IMG/VR virus record: IMGVR_UViG_3300033153_013547
Coordinates: 124,001-188,000 of that record
Length of the DNA stretch: 64,000 bases
Reading direction: 5' to 3' (one strand)
Part shown: piece after piece, positions 19,501-29,700 of the stretch
How positions within the stretch are numbered: position 1 is the stretch's first letter
Layout: every line of letters starts with the position of its first letter
Program-made: the position numbers and the translations under genes
Notes under the pieces: generated by a model
Databases searched by the model: none
The model's input: the letters and a program-made list of their open reading frames with translations, nothing else
What the model was told of the DNA's origin: nothing

Positions 19501-22464
19501 GGTGCTGGCTTACTCAATAACATGCTTGGTTTCATAATGAAACCACAGATAGGCATGCACACTGCAGAAATGCATCAAGCCATGAGATCTGATAGCATGC
19601 TTAGCACTGGTATTGATACAACCCCAAGAACAGGTGTGGATCAAGCAAGAATAAACACATTGTTCAGTCACAGAATAGTCACATCAGGTGCTGCTGGCCC
19701 AAGACTGGGTGCCAATAGACCAATATCTACACCTGATCGTTGGGGAACACAACTGGGAGATGATAGAAATAACAAAAATTTAGAAATGCGTGGAGCAATA
19801 ACAGCAGCCAATTTAGCATCAGGTAGCCAAGGCTCACCTTCACGTTTGGGTATAGCAGACTCTACTAGCCCATTCAATGCTCATCTAATAGACTACACAA
19901 GATCACAAATGGAATTGGCAGGTATTTGGGGTTACTATGGCCAAAACCTCACTGGACTAAACAACAGAATCTATAGAATGGAAACTGGTAGAGCAGGATA
20001 TTCCATATCAGATGCCATACAAAAAGCAAATGTAGGATCATGGTTGCCTATTCCAATGTTTGGGGAAATAATAACAGAGGTGCCAAGAAGAATTGTTGGT
20101 GGTGCCCCTAAGGATTATGTAATAAATCCTTTGAGAAATACTATGCCTACGTGGCTTCCTGACAGATTCAAATATGGGAATCAATATAACCGTTTGTCAT
20201 ATGGCCAATATAGGCTTCCGTCGCCAACTTACGAAGCACTGAACAAAGTAGATAGAGAAAGGATTGGTGGATCAACTATTGGCTTACCAATCAATGAATT
20301 GGCTGAAAAAATAGCTGGATTTGACAGAACAAAGATGGGGGCAACAGCTGTAACAGGCACTTTGATGCATAAAGCAATGTTACAAGAATTATTTCAAATG
20401 GGCAAGGTAATTGCTGTTGAAAAAGCAGTAGATGATCAGCAGCACAACATGTATGGATACATAGATGCCATAGTAGAAATAGGTGGACAACCAATGGTTG
20501 TTGATCTAAAAACTACTAATGCTATGAAGTTGCAAAGAATGAGAGAAGGAGAAATTCCTGAAGTATACAAGTCTCAGATCAATTATTATATGTGGGCTGC
20601 CAATGCCTCTATGGGTGCTTTGTATGTTGTAAATCGTGATAACCCAGCAGATAAAATGTTTTGGACAATGAAATTTGACGAAGGCAGACTACTTGACGAC
20701 TTCATCAAATTAGAAAAGGCCAGGGCAATGGTTAGAAGGCTCATTGAACAAGGCTATATTTCTCCATATGAAAGCTATAGGGACTTGGATAGGGCTAAAA
20801 TTTTGGCTGATGTTGCCCCTTATTCTGACGAATTTTCAGACACATTTGAAAGACTTTTGGCTGAGCCAGAAAAAGACATAACCAGACAAGAAGAACTTAA
20901 CAAACTAAAACTGAAAGTGAATAGGATCAAGTCAGGAGATACTTTTGACGAATATTTGTGGAGAAACCCTACAAAGGTCGTTGATGTTCAGAGCATGATG
21001 GTTGAAGATGATAATACCATAACCATGACATATAATTTCAGAGGCAAGAAAAGAACTCATACAGGTGTTCTTGCTGGGGCTATGCCAATAGAAGGTTATG
21101 AAGTGGCATTCAACAAAGCTCTCAAGCAACTAATGCCCATTGAAGCACTAGAAAACGTTAGAATAATGCCTGATGATCCTAAATCAAAAATCATCGTATT
21201 TACCAAGGGAGGTAATAGTGTAGCACAACAATTAGTGGACCTTCATCTTGGTTTGCCCGCCACAACAGGCAGACAAGAAGATAGAGAGGCTTTAATGAGA
21301 CATCAGGGATCATATGCTTGGGAATGGTTCACTCACTTAGATTCTCCTATGCACACCAAATTTGGGAAAGCAGATGCCTGGGAAGAATATAAAAGAAGAG
21401 TTGTATATGGCACAAGATATACATCTCCATTCACCCGTCCTATAAAATATACAGGACACATGTTAGAAGCCCTTGCTGGACACGACAACCCTATAGAAGC
21501 AGCCTTTGGTGGAGCCATGGTTGGAGCACTTATTGGTAGCACAGCAGGTAGATTAGCAGTGGGTGGCATGGCAAAAGGAGCAATAGCAGGTAGTATTTTG
21601 GCAGTTGCAATTTCTGGTGGACGTCAACTCATTGATCTTTTCACTGGTAAGGCTATGGTTCCACCAGAAGAAAGAAAATCAAGAGAGATAGAGGATTATG
21701 TGGACAAACTTGAATATGTCAAGTTTAAAAGGCTCTTTGAATCTACTTCCTTGATGTTAGAAAGAGCAGGAATCAATCTGTCTAAAATAGCCAATATGGT
21801 TATGTCTGGTAAGACAGTAGTTGATGAAGTAATGCAACAATTCCCTAACTATGGTCCTTTGATCAAAAGAGGGCTGTATTATAAACAAGAATATGAAAGC
21901 ACTATGTTTGCATTGAGTAGAGCCAGTGATATGAGAACTATTCTTAGAGCTTTACCCAAAAGAGAAAGACAATATTATTTGGCTTTCAAAAACTATCACC
22001 AACATAATAAAAAACAAATATTGAAACTAGCATCTCCATCACTGAGAAAGGCTCTGGCTATCACGTGGGGAGAAGACATGCCAGAGGGGGAATCTATAGA
22101 CAAATACTTCCAGTCTCATTGGCTACCAGAGCCCAGTTGGACAGGATGGCAACCAGATACATCTATCAGTGATTATAAGGTAGTTTTGGCAAGAGAAGAG
22201 GGGGTTGAATACCATGAATTGGGCATGTGGGAAGACTCAGTACAAAGAACCAGGATGTGGCAAGCTCAACCACGTATGCGTCATGGAACTGGCGTCAATA
22301 TGCAAAAAAGGATTAGAGAATTGTTAGGTAGAAACGGCCTGTCTGATATAAGTATTCAGATCTTACAGTCAACATCAGACAAAGACATTGATATAAACTT
22401 CACTATTCGGGAGGATGCATCCAGAAGTGCTGCAGTAAAATATGCGGCTAGTCTGGAAATGTAG
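16543..22464 (+). CDS. Tape-measure-position protein with PD-(D/E)XK nuclease and SNase-like domains
   Basis: Directly follows the chaperone frameshift pair; mostly helical with hydrophobic G/A-rich segments. GTLMH...GYIDA...VDLKT...QINYYM nuclease motifs at about 20356-20592; SNase-like segment at about 20968-21258. Confidence 0.75.
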   Translation: MREYESDRLYGGLKNLGILASVATLGVWGYRSGHVAKAARSLIQTGFPAVRAGLQALKHTEEAYTASHIGIGDAVSQFGIHYQREFKKLQKFYATRTATGNPLDSIIGAATHLPSLLESIQSFVTAIPRADFSRIGFEEAKGDLIRDLGKINPNRVVSEEFAYSVYRMLGLESQKFTPISIGGLHVNVNQLSQLTTHHKPLDTRAVKAAFDTRKKNLKEDFSRSQFDGGLTFMKWLLGDPQARRATLFDVRQDLINRLGIRGKTGAEIDEKLAAYVDKSLDTFKLSEDAKVIFNDLFYDPKAAKEIFLDHNIFKTTEGLLDARSITTSVDDLLASLSKRWRIPLIKWNPFDMVRSQLALKQTQPYAVVVTGDKIPMLSDKDTNVIYSKIGEKLYRFKKKEAEKFSFELVEKIDWGGKKRPYKVMHLDPSAGTMGGIVAKRLGLRGYHSEALDDIVLGWAARFVKGGIEGVPDPYVFLKELEQGRLVDYGITSQSLENRLENFWKGGLLNINVVAIGKWLEKQLDNPKITAEARQSIAEYVDSLVYKHPKQDNTLHLARMIDKAMAKDTAFMRMFKETGGVVKELLNLSPEQQEARILEIGMKNALNISKRSVVEAGGQRTILERMEMDFGVWSVLEHFRLLNSPATSMNAFITGGHITESMAQEMASLKILDTYLYSIMRMAPARNKLHWMTHEGHQLAAFEAFSKTPDWARILRTHYEPLDSIRIQDALIKKNVTATEIYENLARINKAADISEVAGILYDTTVDVGEMFLSAFGFRAQDYGSSTLMPHYFAVTLSEQMELLTGMMGIRPSNSLWAKSPFSLGLAWAGIEVAFGTAINSFNAADLAMRGAGFRGPRQFAMDAWANANLLLGLASGKLKETQDYYAEGEEEIRASRWWSLGSTPWEGGRIKFTVPNLYRRVGVRDVYYEQKWGGELQALAHSSYPSILTPFAPIRHFLTDRYYYERLHLKDEPVPLTGELFEPSAPGAGLLNNMLGFIMKPQIGMHTAEMHQAMRSDSMLSTGIDTTPRTGVDQARINTLFSHRIVTSGAAGPRLGANRPISTPDRWGTQLGDDRNNKNLEMRGAITAANLASGSQGSPSRLGIADSTSPFNAHLIDYTRSQMELAGIWGYYGQNLTGLNNRIYRMETGRAGYSISDAIQKANVGSWLPIPMFGEIITEVPRRIVGGAPKDYVINPLRNTMPTWLPDRFKYGNQYNRLSYGQYRLPSPTYEALNKVDRERIGGSTIGLPINELAEKIAGFDRTKMGATAVTGTLMHKAMLQELFQMGKVIAVEKAVDDQQHNMYGYIDAIVEIGGQPMVVDLKTTNAMKLQRMREGEIPEVYKSQINYYMWAANASMGALYVVNRDNPADKMFWTMKFDEGRLLDDFIKLEKARAMVRRLIEQGYISPYESYRDLDRAKILADVAPYSDEFSDTFERLLAEPEKDITRQEELNKLKLKVNRIKSGDTFDEYLWRNPTKVVDVQSMMVEDDNTITMTYNFRGKKRTHTGVLAGAMPIEGYEVAFNKALKQLMPIEALENVRIMPDDPKSKIIVFTKGGNSVAQQLVDLHLGLPATTGRQEDREALMRHQGSYAWEWFTHLDSPMHTKFGKADAWEEYKRRVVYGTRYTSPFTRPIKYTGHMLEALAGHDNPIEAAFGGAMVGALIGSTAGRLAVGGMAKGAIAGSILAVAISGGRQLIDLFTGKAMVPPEERKSREIEDYVDKLEYVKFKRLFESTSLMLERAGINLSKIANMVMSGKTVVDEVMQQFPNYGPLIKRGLYYKQEYESTMFALSRASDMRTILRALPKRERQYYLAFKNYHQHNKKQILKLASPSLRKALAITWGEDMPEGESIDKYFQSHWLPEPSWTGWQPDTSISDYKVVLAREEGVEYHELGMWEDSVQRTRMWQAQPRMRHGTGVNMQKRIRELLGRNGLSDISIQILQSTSDKDIDINFTIREDASRSAAVKYAASLEM

Positions 22465-22469
22465 CAATC

Positions 22470-25400
22470 ATGGCAATATACATTCCAACTTCTTCTACTG
22501 TATATGCAAGCGAAGACCTATTGCGGTTACCTGCCATGCTTGGAACAGAAGATGTTTTTGCCAAGTATCTTAGCAATATAACTGACAGAAAACATACTAT
22601 TACACTTTTTGTGATAGAAAGTGACAATCTACCACAAAAAAGGCTGGAAATTGTTTTGGAAGGAACAAAGATACGGGTTTATACAGAAACAACCACTACA
22701 CCAATCATTTTTTCCAATACAACGTTTACCAAAATGGAACCGTTTATTCGTAATGGCAAATTCGAAACCGCAGGACGTAACGTGGAAGTTAGAATACTGG
22801 CTCGTGATCTAGCCATTCTCATAGAAGAAACCAAATACCAGTCTGGTTCAGCATTCATACCTGATTCAATAGTGCAAATGGTCACAGCAGTTCAAAGAAG
22901 GACAGATCCAGAAGGAACGATAATCAACCTTATCACCGCTCTCGAAGAAAAAATGGCTCAAGTGCCCATAGGAAGAATAGGAGCCCAATTACCACGAACA
23001 CCAGGATTACAAGCGGGAGAGCATTTTATTACAGTTCTTGACGATCTAAAAAAGAGAGATGTGCTAAACGAAGGAATTAGAGAACTATCAGAAGCACGAA
23101 TCAGTGGAATAGCCAGAGGACAAACACCCGATATGGCTCAAAAAAAAACTCAAGCAGTCACTGCCATAGTTACCAAAGATTATCTGGATAGATTTTTTAG
23201 ACAAATAGTAGGTGGTGGCAAAAAAACTGTTACAGAAGAATTCGAAGAATTTGTCAAAACCAATAGGGTTGCCCAAATAATTGAAGATCTTGTAGATTGG
23301 CATGGCTGGATCACTGCCTTCTATGGTTATACAGGGCCTACTCAAGAGATTATAGAAACAGCCTTTGAAGAAGCTGCAAAGGAATACATTGGCATTGTAG
23401 GCCTACTATCTCCCGAGGAAAGAAGTAATATAAAGACCAGATTCATTGCCAAAGTAATGGATGGGATCAAAGAAAGAAAACAAGCAAATTTGCCATATGA
23501 AGTTAGTGTGCGTCTTAAGAAACTCAAATCCAGTGGGGCAGTAATAGATGTTGGCAAATTTGCCTTGTCAGCCCCAGATCAAATGACCAAATCCTTGGGA
23601 GCCAGAAATCTTAGTGATGCTTTTGGAACAACAAGAGTTCCTTCTGGGCTCAAAGAACACGTTAATCAGATTCTTGCTGCCCCACTACAGATCAGTAAGC
23701 CACTATACAGACAATACACACCTTACCAAGATCTAATATCCCTGATTGATCAACTAAAATCCATTCCTAAGTCTGGTGTTATTCCTAGAATATTAGACTT
23801 TGAGGGGTGGATTGGAGACAACATTACCCTCACAACCCAACTGGGTGTTCTGGATGTTGCTGATTGTGCCAAGAACTTCACAGAGATTACCAAAGCAGGC
23901 TCTCAGTTTATGATGTCCAGCAGACCTCATGGCATTCATGGTAAAGTAGATGAGCAAACAGCTACTTATTTGAAAGATGAGTTGCTCAAAATGTGGAGCA
24001 AAGCCAAGGCATGGTCACTTGATCCTAGAGAATCTCATTTCAACCCCAACGACAAAAACAGCAAACTGCTCATGAATCTTGGTAGAATGATTATTGCTGG
24101 TTCAGAAGATATGGAAACACAAGAACTCAGAGCTGCTACCATGGCCCAACTAAATGTTGAGGGCATTAGTGCAGACACATTATTAGACTGGTATGAAAAA
24201 GCACTTCATCAAAAAATGAGACACCACAAGTTTGAAGGCAAAGGAACAAAAGCAACACTCTCTGAATTTCAAGAGCTCATCAAAACCACATTCAAAGATG
24301 GTAGGGTTTTCATGCACAACCCAGAGGGTGCTGATATTACCCACATATACAATCTTTTAGAAAAAGGATCAGATCCTATAGCCTATGCAGAAGCCAAAAA
24401 ATTAGTGCAAAGCAAAACCACAGATAGTATTGCTATATTTCAGTATTTACAAGAATTGGCCATGGTTAGGGGGGACAAGTCTTGGGAAGATATGGCTTCA
24501 ACGTCTTTTGCCATGAACAATTTAGTCAAGAAGTATGAAAGCCTTATGGGGGGATTGACCACTGCAGATCTCCACCTGCTTGGTAAAAACGATGCTTATG
24601 CTGCAGGTCGACTCATGATTATCAGTCTGAATGCAGCAATGAACGACACCACCGCACATAGTATGGCTGATCAAGTATTTGCCAAAAGCGTTACATCTGA
24701 AACAATAACCAATAACTTACGATTTGTAGCAGAACTTTTTGATGAAAATCTTGCAAAAAACAAAAAACTCTTTACAAACATAGAAGATTGGATCAGAGTG
24801 GCCAGTGGTATTGATCCCTCAGAAGATTTGGGCTCTAAATTAGTTCATGAAGGAATTGAGGTTTATAGTATAGTAACCAAGCCTCTAAAAAGATCAGATC
24901 TTGAGCTATGGGCACAAAGATTCGATGTGACTATGGAGACCCCTGTCGGACTGGAACGACTGGAAATAAAACCACCACGAGGGCTACGTTTAGGACAAGT
25001 AGTTACTGATGATCCATCTGTATGGAGGGCGGGCACGGCGCTCAAAACACTTCTCCAAATGGACGCAAAAACCAATGAAATTCTATTTAGCTTCACAGAT
25101 ATGAATGGCATCCAGCATAAATTTAGGGCCAAAAACATATTAGCTCTAAACAACTTACTGGCTCAAGGAGGCTTTGAAACCACAACAGAAAAAGGAATGT
25201 CTAGATGGATCAACACACTCATGGACGATGCTCGAAGACTATTCGACAATCTCACTGGTTCTTTCAATGAAGATCCAAACATGATAGGACGAATAATTGA
25301 AATACATAGCAACAACATAAGAAACATTATAGATCATTCAACAAGAGACCCACAAATTGCGGGTATACTTGATAAAACATCAGAATTACTTGCTGCAATA

Positions 25401-26756
25401 AAATCTGGTGAACCACTATTTGACACAACCAATCCTCTAGGACATACTTTTATGCAGAACATGTTTGATCTACACAAGCTTGACTGGTTGGAGGGAGGCA
25501 GCAAGTCCATTGCAGAAGCAGTAATATTTGTGGCACAACACAAAAACAATCTTGAAGTTGTTGACACTATGCTAGGAAACCAGATGCTTTTACATCATCT
25601 AACCAAGAGCATGTATACTGGTGATGCTAGAAGTTTTCTAATGTATGATCAAGAATTAGCCGATAGATTAGGAAAATCAATGGAGGAAATTAGTTTTTAC
25701 AAATATAGCCCCCTGGCTGAAGGCACAGTGCTTGACAATGCTGTTTTGAGAATTGGGGACACAGATTCCTCGGTCATAGTATCAATGAATGCTCATAAAA
25801 CCCACGACGACATCAGGGCAATTTTGAGCAGAACCACAGACAAACATTCCAAGGCAGCAAGATTCTTGGCAGATGAATTTTTGGGTGAAACAATAGATCA
25901 AAAAACCTATGCACTGTCTAATAAAACAGAAAGAAAAGTGTTAGGAGACAGAATAGCAGCACAAATAATCAAGGAATCACAAGAGATCAATACCTTCAGA
26001 AGAACACATTCTGAATTGTTATACGAACCAACTATCGCTCCTGGCGTAGCCACGGGCAAAGGAAGAAGCGCCTGCGGAAGGGCTATTTTTGATGTTATCC
26101 ACGATGAAGAATTCATAGGCAGAATAGTGGGGAAAGGCCACACACTGTGGGAAGAACTCAAAATAGCTTCAGACACAGGTAGATTTAGAAACTTCCCAGA
26201 TGCCTTGATGCAATACGGTAATTCTATTATAGACACTATATCCGTGGCAGCAGAAGAAAGTGGACGTCTTAGAGACAAGACTTCAGCAGCCAACATAATT
26301 ATGGCATTCAATAATATGGGCATATTTGAACCTGCAAGTGTCGAGAATCGTTTCTTTCCACAAATGCCAAAAATACAGGCTGATATAAGTAAAACTGTTG
26401 TAAAGAACCTGGGTCGCATGGGAATGGCAGCAGCAGCAATTCCTCTAATTGCATTAGGTGCTGCTAGGCCCCCACTTAGAGGACTAGAAGAATTACCAGT
26501 AGATGAAGCATTTGATCCAGATTTTCTGCAAGGCAAAACATCAGCTGCTGGACCACCAATTGTTATTCAGAAACCACTTGGAATTACAATAAATATTGAT
26601 GCCAAGGGCACAGAAGGCAGATATGATTTGTCTAATATAATGAATAGCTTGAGACACACCATGGGAATAAACGCCGAACAGCGCGTGACAACGTCGTTTA
26701 ACAAGCTCTCTGATATTGAAATTGAGAGGCTCATGGAAATGGAGGCCATAGATTAA
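22470..26756 (+). CDS. Large protein with DEDDh (DnaQ-like) 3'-5' exonuclease motifs, probably virion-associated
   Basis: ExoI ILDFEG (23790-23807), HGI, ExoII FMHNPEGAD (24309-24335), DSIAIFQYL, ExoIII LHLLGKNDA (24570-24596), in the expected order with insertions. Confidence 0.65.
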   Translation: MAIYIPTSSTVYASEDLLRLPAMLGTEDVFAKYLSNITDRKHTITLFVIESDNLPQKRLEIVLEGTKIRVYTETTTTPIIFSNTTFTKMEPFIRNGKFETAGRNVEVRILARDLAILIEETKYQSGSAFIPDSIVQMVTAVQRRTDPEGTIINLITALEEKMAQVPIGRIGAQLPRTPGLQAGEHFITVLDDLKKRDVLNEGIRELSEARISGIARGQTPDMAQKKTQAVTAIVTKDYLDRFFRQIVGGGKKTVTEEFEEFVKTNRVAQIIEDLVDWHGWITAFYGYTGPTQEIIETAFEEAAKEYIGIVGLLSPEERSNIKTRFIAKVMDGIKERKQANLPYEVSVRLKKLKSSGAVIDVGKFALSAPDQMTKSLGARNLSDAFGTTRVPSGLKEHVNQILAAPLQISKPLYRQYTPYQDLISLIDQLKSIPKSGVIPRILDFEGWIGDNITLTTQLGVLDVADCAKNFTEITKAGSQFMMSSRPHGIHGKVDEQTATYLKDELLKMWSKAKAWSLDPRESHFNPNDKNSKLLMNLGRMIIAGSEDMETQELRAATMAQLNVEGISADTLLDWYEKALHQKMRHHKFEGKGTKATLSEFQELIKTTFKDGRVFMHNPEGADITHIYNLLEKGSDPIAYAEAKKLVQSKTTDSIAIFQYLQELAMVRGDKSWEDMASTSFAMNNLVKKYESLMGGLTTADLHLLGKNDAYAAGRLMIISLNAAMNDTTAHSMADQVFAKSVTSETITNNLRFVAELFDENLAKNKKLFTNIEDWIRVASGIDPSEDLGSKLVHEGIEVYSIVTKPLKRSDLELWAQRFDVTMETPVGLERLEIKPPRGLRLGQVVTDDPSVWRAGTALKTLLQMDAKTNEILFSFTDMNGIQHKFRAKNILALNNLLAQGGFETTTEKGMSRWINTLMDDARRLFDNLTGSFNEDPNMIGRIIEIHSNNIRNIIDHSTRDPQIAGILDKTSELLAAIKSGEPLFDTTNPLGHTFMQNMFDLHKLDWLEGGSKSIAEAVIFVAQHKNNLEVVDTMLGNQMLLHHLTKSMYTGDARSFLMYDQELADRLGKSMEEISFYKYSPLAEGTVLDNAVLRIGDTDSSVIVSMNAHKTHDDIRAILSRTTDKHSKAARFLADEFLGETIDQKTYALSNKTERKVLGDRIAAQIIKESQEINTFRRTHSELLYEPTIAPGVATGKGRSACGRAIFDVIHDEEFIGRIVGKGHTLWEELKIASDTGRFRNFPDALMQYGNSIIDTISVAAEESGRLRDKTSAANIIMAFNNMGIFEPASVENRFFPQMPKIQADISKTVVKNLGRMGMAAAAIPLIALGAARPPLRGLEELPVDEAFDPDFLQGKTSAAGPPIVIQKPLGITINIDAKGTEGRYDLSNIMNSLRHTMGINAEQRVTTSFNKLSDIEIERLMEMEAID

Positions 26757-29700
26757 TGACACAGACACCTTCACACATCAGTATTGAAAATCTACACAGG
26801 CAAGTAGTAGATAAAGTCATTGCACTGGATATGCATAGCATTTTACACACACTTGAAGAATCAGGAGCCATTGGGGGTGGCCTTACTCAAGAAGAACAGC
26901 TCAATACCATTCTCAATGCTGTAAAAAAGACGTCTTGGGGACAAGGCATCTCTCTTGAAAAACTATCCACATCACAAACTTCAGCATTGACGGGGCCATA
27001 TGACAGAAACAGGGTGGTTGCAGCTATTACTGCATCTGCTGAAGCATCTTCTATAATGAAGATAGTATTTAATCTCCAAAATTACAAGAGCAAAATCACA
27101 GGCAAGGAATTGTTTGATCAAGATATGATAGGGCCAAGGCTGTTGTTTTTATTAGAAAAACCACCTTCTGATGTGGAATCTATTGCCAAAACCTTTTCTA
27201 CATCTGACCAGCTGTCTAATAGAAACACTATTGCTGCAATGTTAAATACCTTCAACTACCTGGCAGCAATAGACAAAGTACATAGTGACTGGGATAAAAG
27301 GTTGGCAGAAGGGGAAACCCCCCAACAATTACAACGAACTGTCAATGATTTAGTAAATAAGATAAAAACCGACGTTAATCGAGCCAACGAATATAATCTT
27401 GATGCACAACATCTTGCAACGAGAATGCGTAAAAAAGATACATTACAGCAATCTCTGAAAGTAGTAAGTGATCCAAAACTCATCCGGCTTGAATCAGACA
27501 TTAGACAGGGCATTAAAGCAAAGCTTTCTGGAGACACCACTGGCAATGCTGTTTTGCTAATAGCTGATGTTGATGCTAAGGGCAATCAAGTAGGAATGTA
27601 TAAATCCATGAGGGAATTTTTGACCTCTTATGGATTCAATCAGCCAGAAATTATTGCAGAAGCTCTGGATATACAAATACAGCATCCACAAAACTTTGAT
27701 CAAGCAACAAAAGCACTGAAGGCTACAGATAAACTTCCTGAATTTCTTTTCAAGTTGAAAAAGGGCGACAGAGAAAGGGTGTTTAGGGGCAGGCTTGGTC
27801 CTGCTCCAGTTAGACACCCCCAAATAGACATAACGAAAGGTTTTCCCTACAATCTTGTCTTGGCTGCCCATCCTGATAGCACAATACCTGGTGGTAAAGC
27901 AGCCCAGCGAGCCACAAGTGGGATAGGAGTTAATCAGGTATACGTGAGTCTTCTAAACTTAGCCAGAATAAACGCAGACTATGATGGGGATACAATCATA
28001 AATTACATAAATACCAATCTAAAATCTGAGATACTTCAATACATAAAAGAACATGGTAAAAAAGAGAGCCCTGGGCTAGTATTAGTTGGGGCCATGGATA
28101 TGATAATTAAATCCCTGGCATTCGGTGAGGAAACCAAGAAAGAACTGATAAGTGCTGGAATGCTACGCTCCAAGCTGAGAGAACGAGTAGGCGTAATGGC
28201 TCGCCAAAGAGCAAACTTTGTATCCAAAAGAATCCTCAAAAAGTCTTATATCCCAGGACAAACAATGGTATTAGAGATTGGGGGCATCAAATATGGATTG
28301 GAAGCTAATCCTGCTCAGGGAATAAAAGAAATAGAAGTCCTCATAACTGAAACAATTATGAAGAATTTTGACAAAAACATGAATCCTGCAAAAGCATTTG
28401 TCAGAGCAGAAGAATTGATACATCAAGAGGGGGATATTTATGTTTTTGATCATCTTGCCAACAAAAAACTTTCTGGAATAGAAGTTGTAAAGTGGCAAGA
28501 GAAAAATATAAACCGTGCTCTCATTGAAGACAATCTACTGAAATGGGGATTGCACCTAAGTGATCGTGTAAAGAGACTGGGCGCAGACAATGCTCTCATA
28601 AAACAATTCATGGCAAAATTGGCAGACACAAAAGATCCAGACAATTTCTTAAGATCTATGGAAGCCATAAATGACATAGCACAAGATATTATCAGCAGAG
28701 GAGATGTTTCTGAAGAAACAGTCAGCAAAATTATAAAAGAACATGCCAGAAAAACGGGCATTGCTTTTGAAGCACACAAAATACTTAAAGGGGGAGTAGG
28801 GGAAATTGGAGTGATACAGTATGCGTTCTTTGAACACGTACACAATAACATCAAATATTTGTCCAATATTGGTGCAGAACAATTAACAGATCTCAAAAAA
28901 TTAGCTGATTTCTTTGAGGTAATGGCACAAATTCCGTTAGAAGCAAAGCACAAAACAGGTGGTTCTTTCAAAATGATAGCCCACATCCTTCGCACGGTTC
29001 TCAAGGGTGGAGGTGTCAATGTTAAGGACACGGCTCAAGACATAACAAACATTCTAATGCGTGGAAAGATGCCAGAAGTACTCGCAAGTGTCACGGCTAC
29101 TGCTTATCCGGTTGGCCAAATTTGGGAAGGCGAGGGTTTTACTCTACATCGTACAAACCTAAGAAACTGGGTAGAAGAAGCTATTCGTGTTTTGGCAAAT
29201 CCGCGTATATCCACAGCAATACAAGAACAAATTAGCAACAAATCAGCATGGACAGGGGGAGCGGGAGCAGCGGCAAGGGTTGCGGGCGGCATGGAAAGCA
29301 CTATTATTGAACTTACTGGAACCAAAGATATTACCCAAGCATTTGAGGGAGCACTAAGCATCAACCCAAAAGACCCAGGCGCCGTTGATGTTGTCAAAGA
29401 ACTTCACCAACTTAGTACTTCTAGTTTTAAAAGACGTGACTACGACAGTTTTACTCGCAAGCCCAACGAATTAGCAACCATCATTTCTGAAAAAGCAAAA
29501 AAGAATGTTTATGAAATTGCTCGTGTTACAGACAAAAGTGGCATATCTAAATTAGAACTAAGACAAATCTATGATCCTAACAAACCAGAAACCTTCGACG
29601 CCATAGCCTCGCGGCTACCTGCTGGAGTAGTTCCAGACGAAGACACAATACAATTTGTTATAAATGATAGGGTGCGAAAGCAAATACAAAATGGAAGAGC

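Noticed and set aside
20350-20730. Calling the Cas4-like domain part of a CRISPR-Cas system
   Set aside because: No Fe-S cysteines, no cas genes or array nearby; it is embedded in a tail protein.
26035-26070. APGVATGKGRS as a possible Walker A motif
   Set aside because: Spacing does not fit GxxxxGK[ST], and no Walker B context is visible.
26730-26756. C-terminal RLMEMEAID and internal RGLRLGQ of the 1428-aa protein, resembling the RNAP beta GLRLGEME motif
   Set aside because: Isolated short matches with no GDK..KG or other beta context in this protein; better ordered beta-like motifs occur in the 1858-aa protein.
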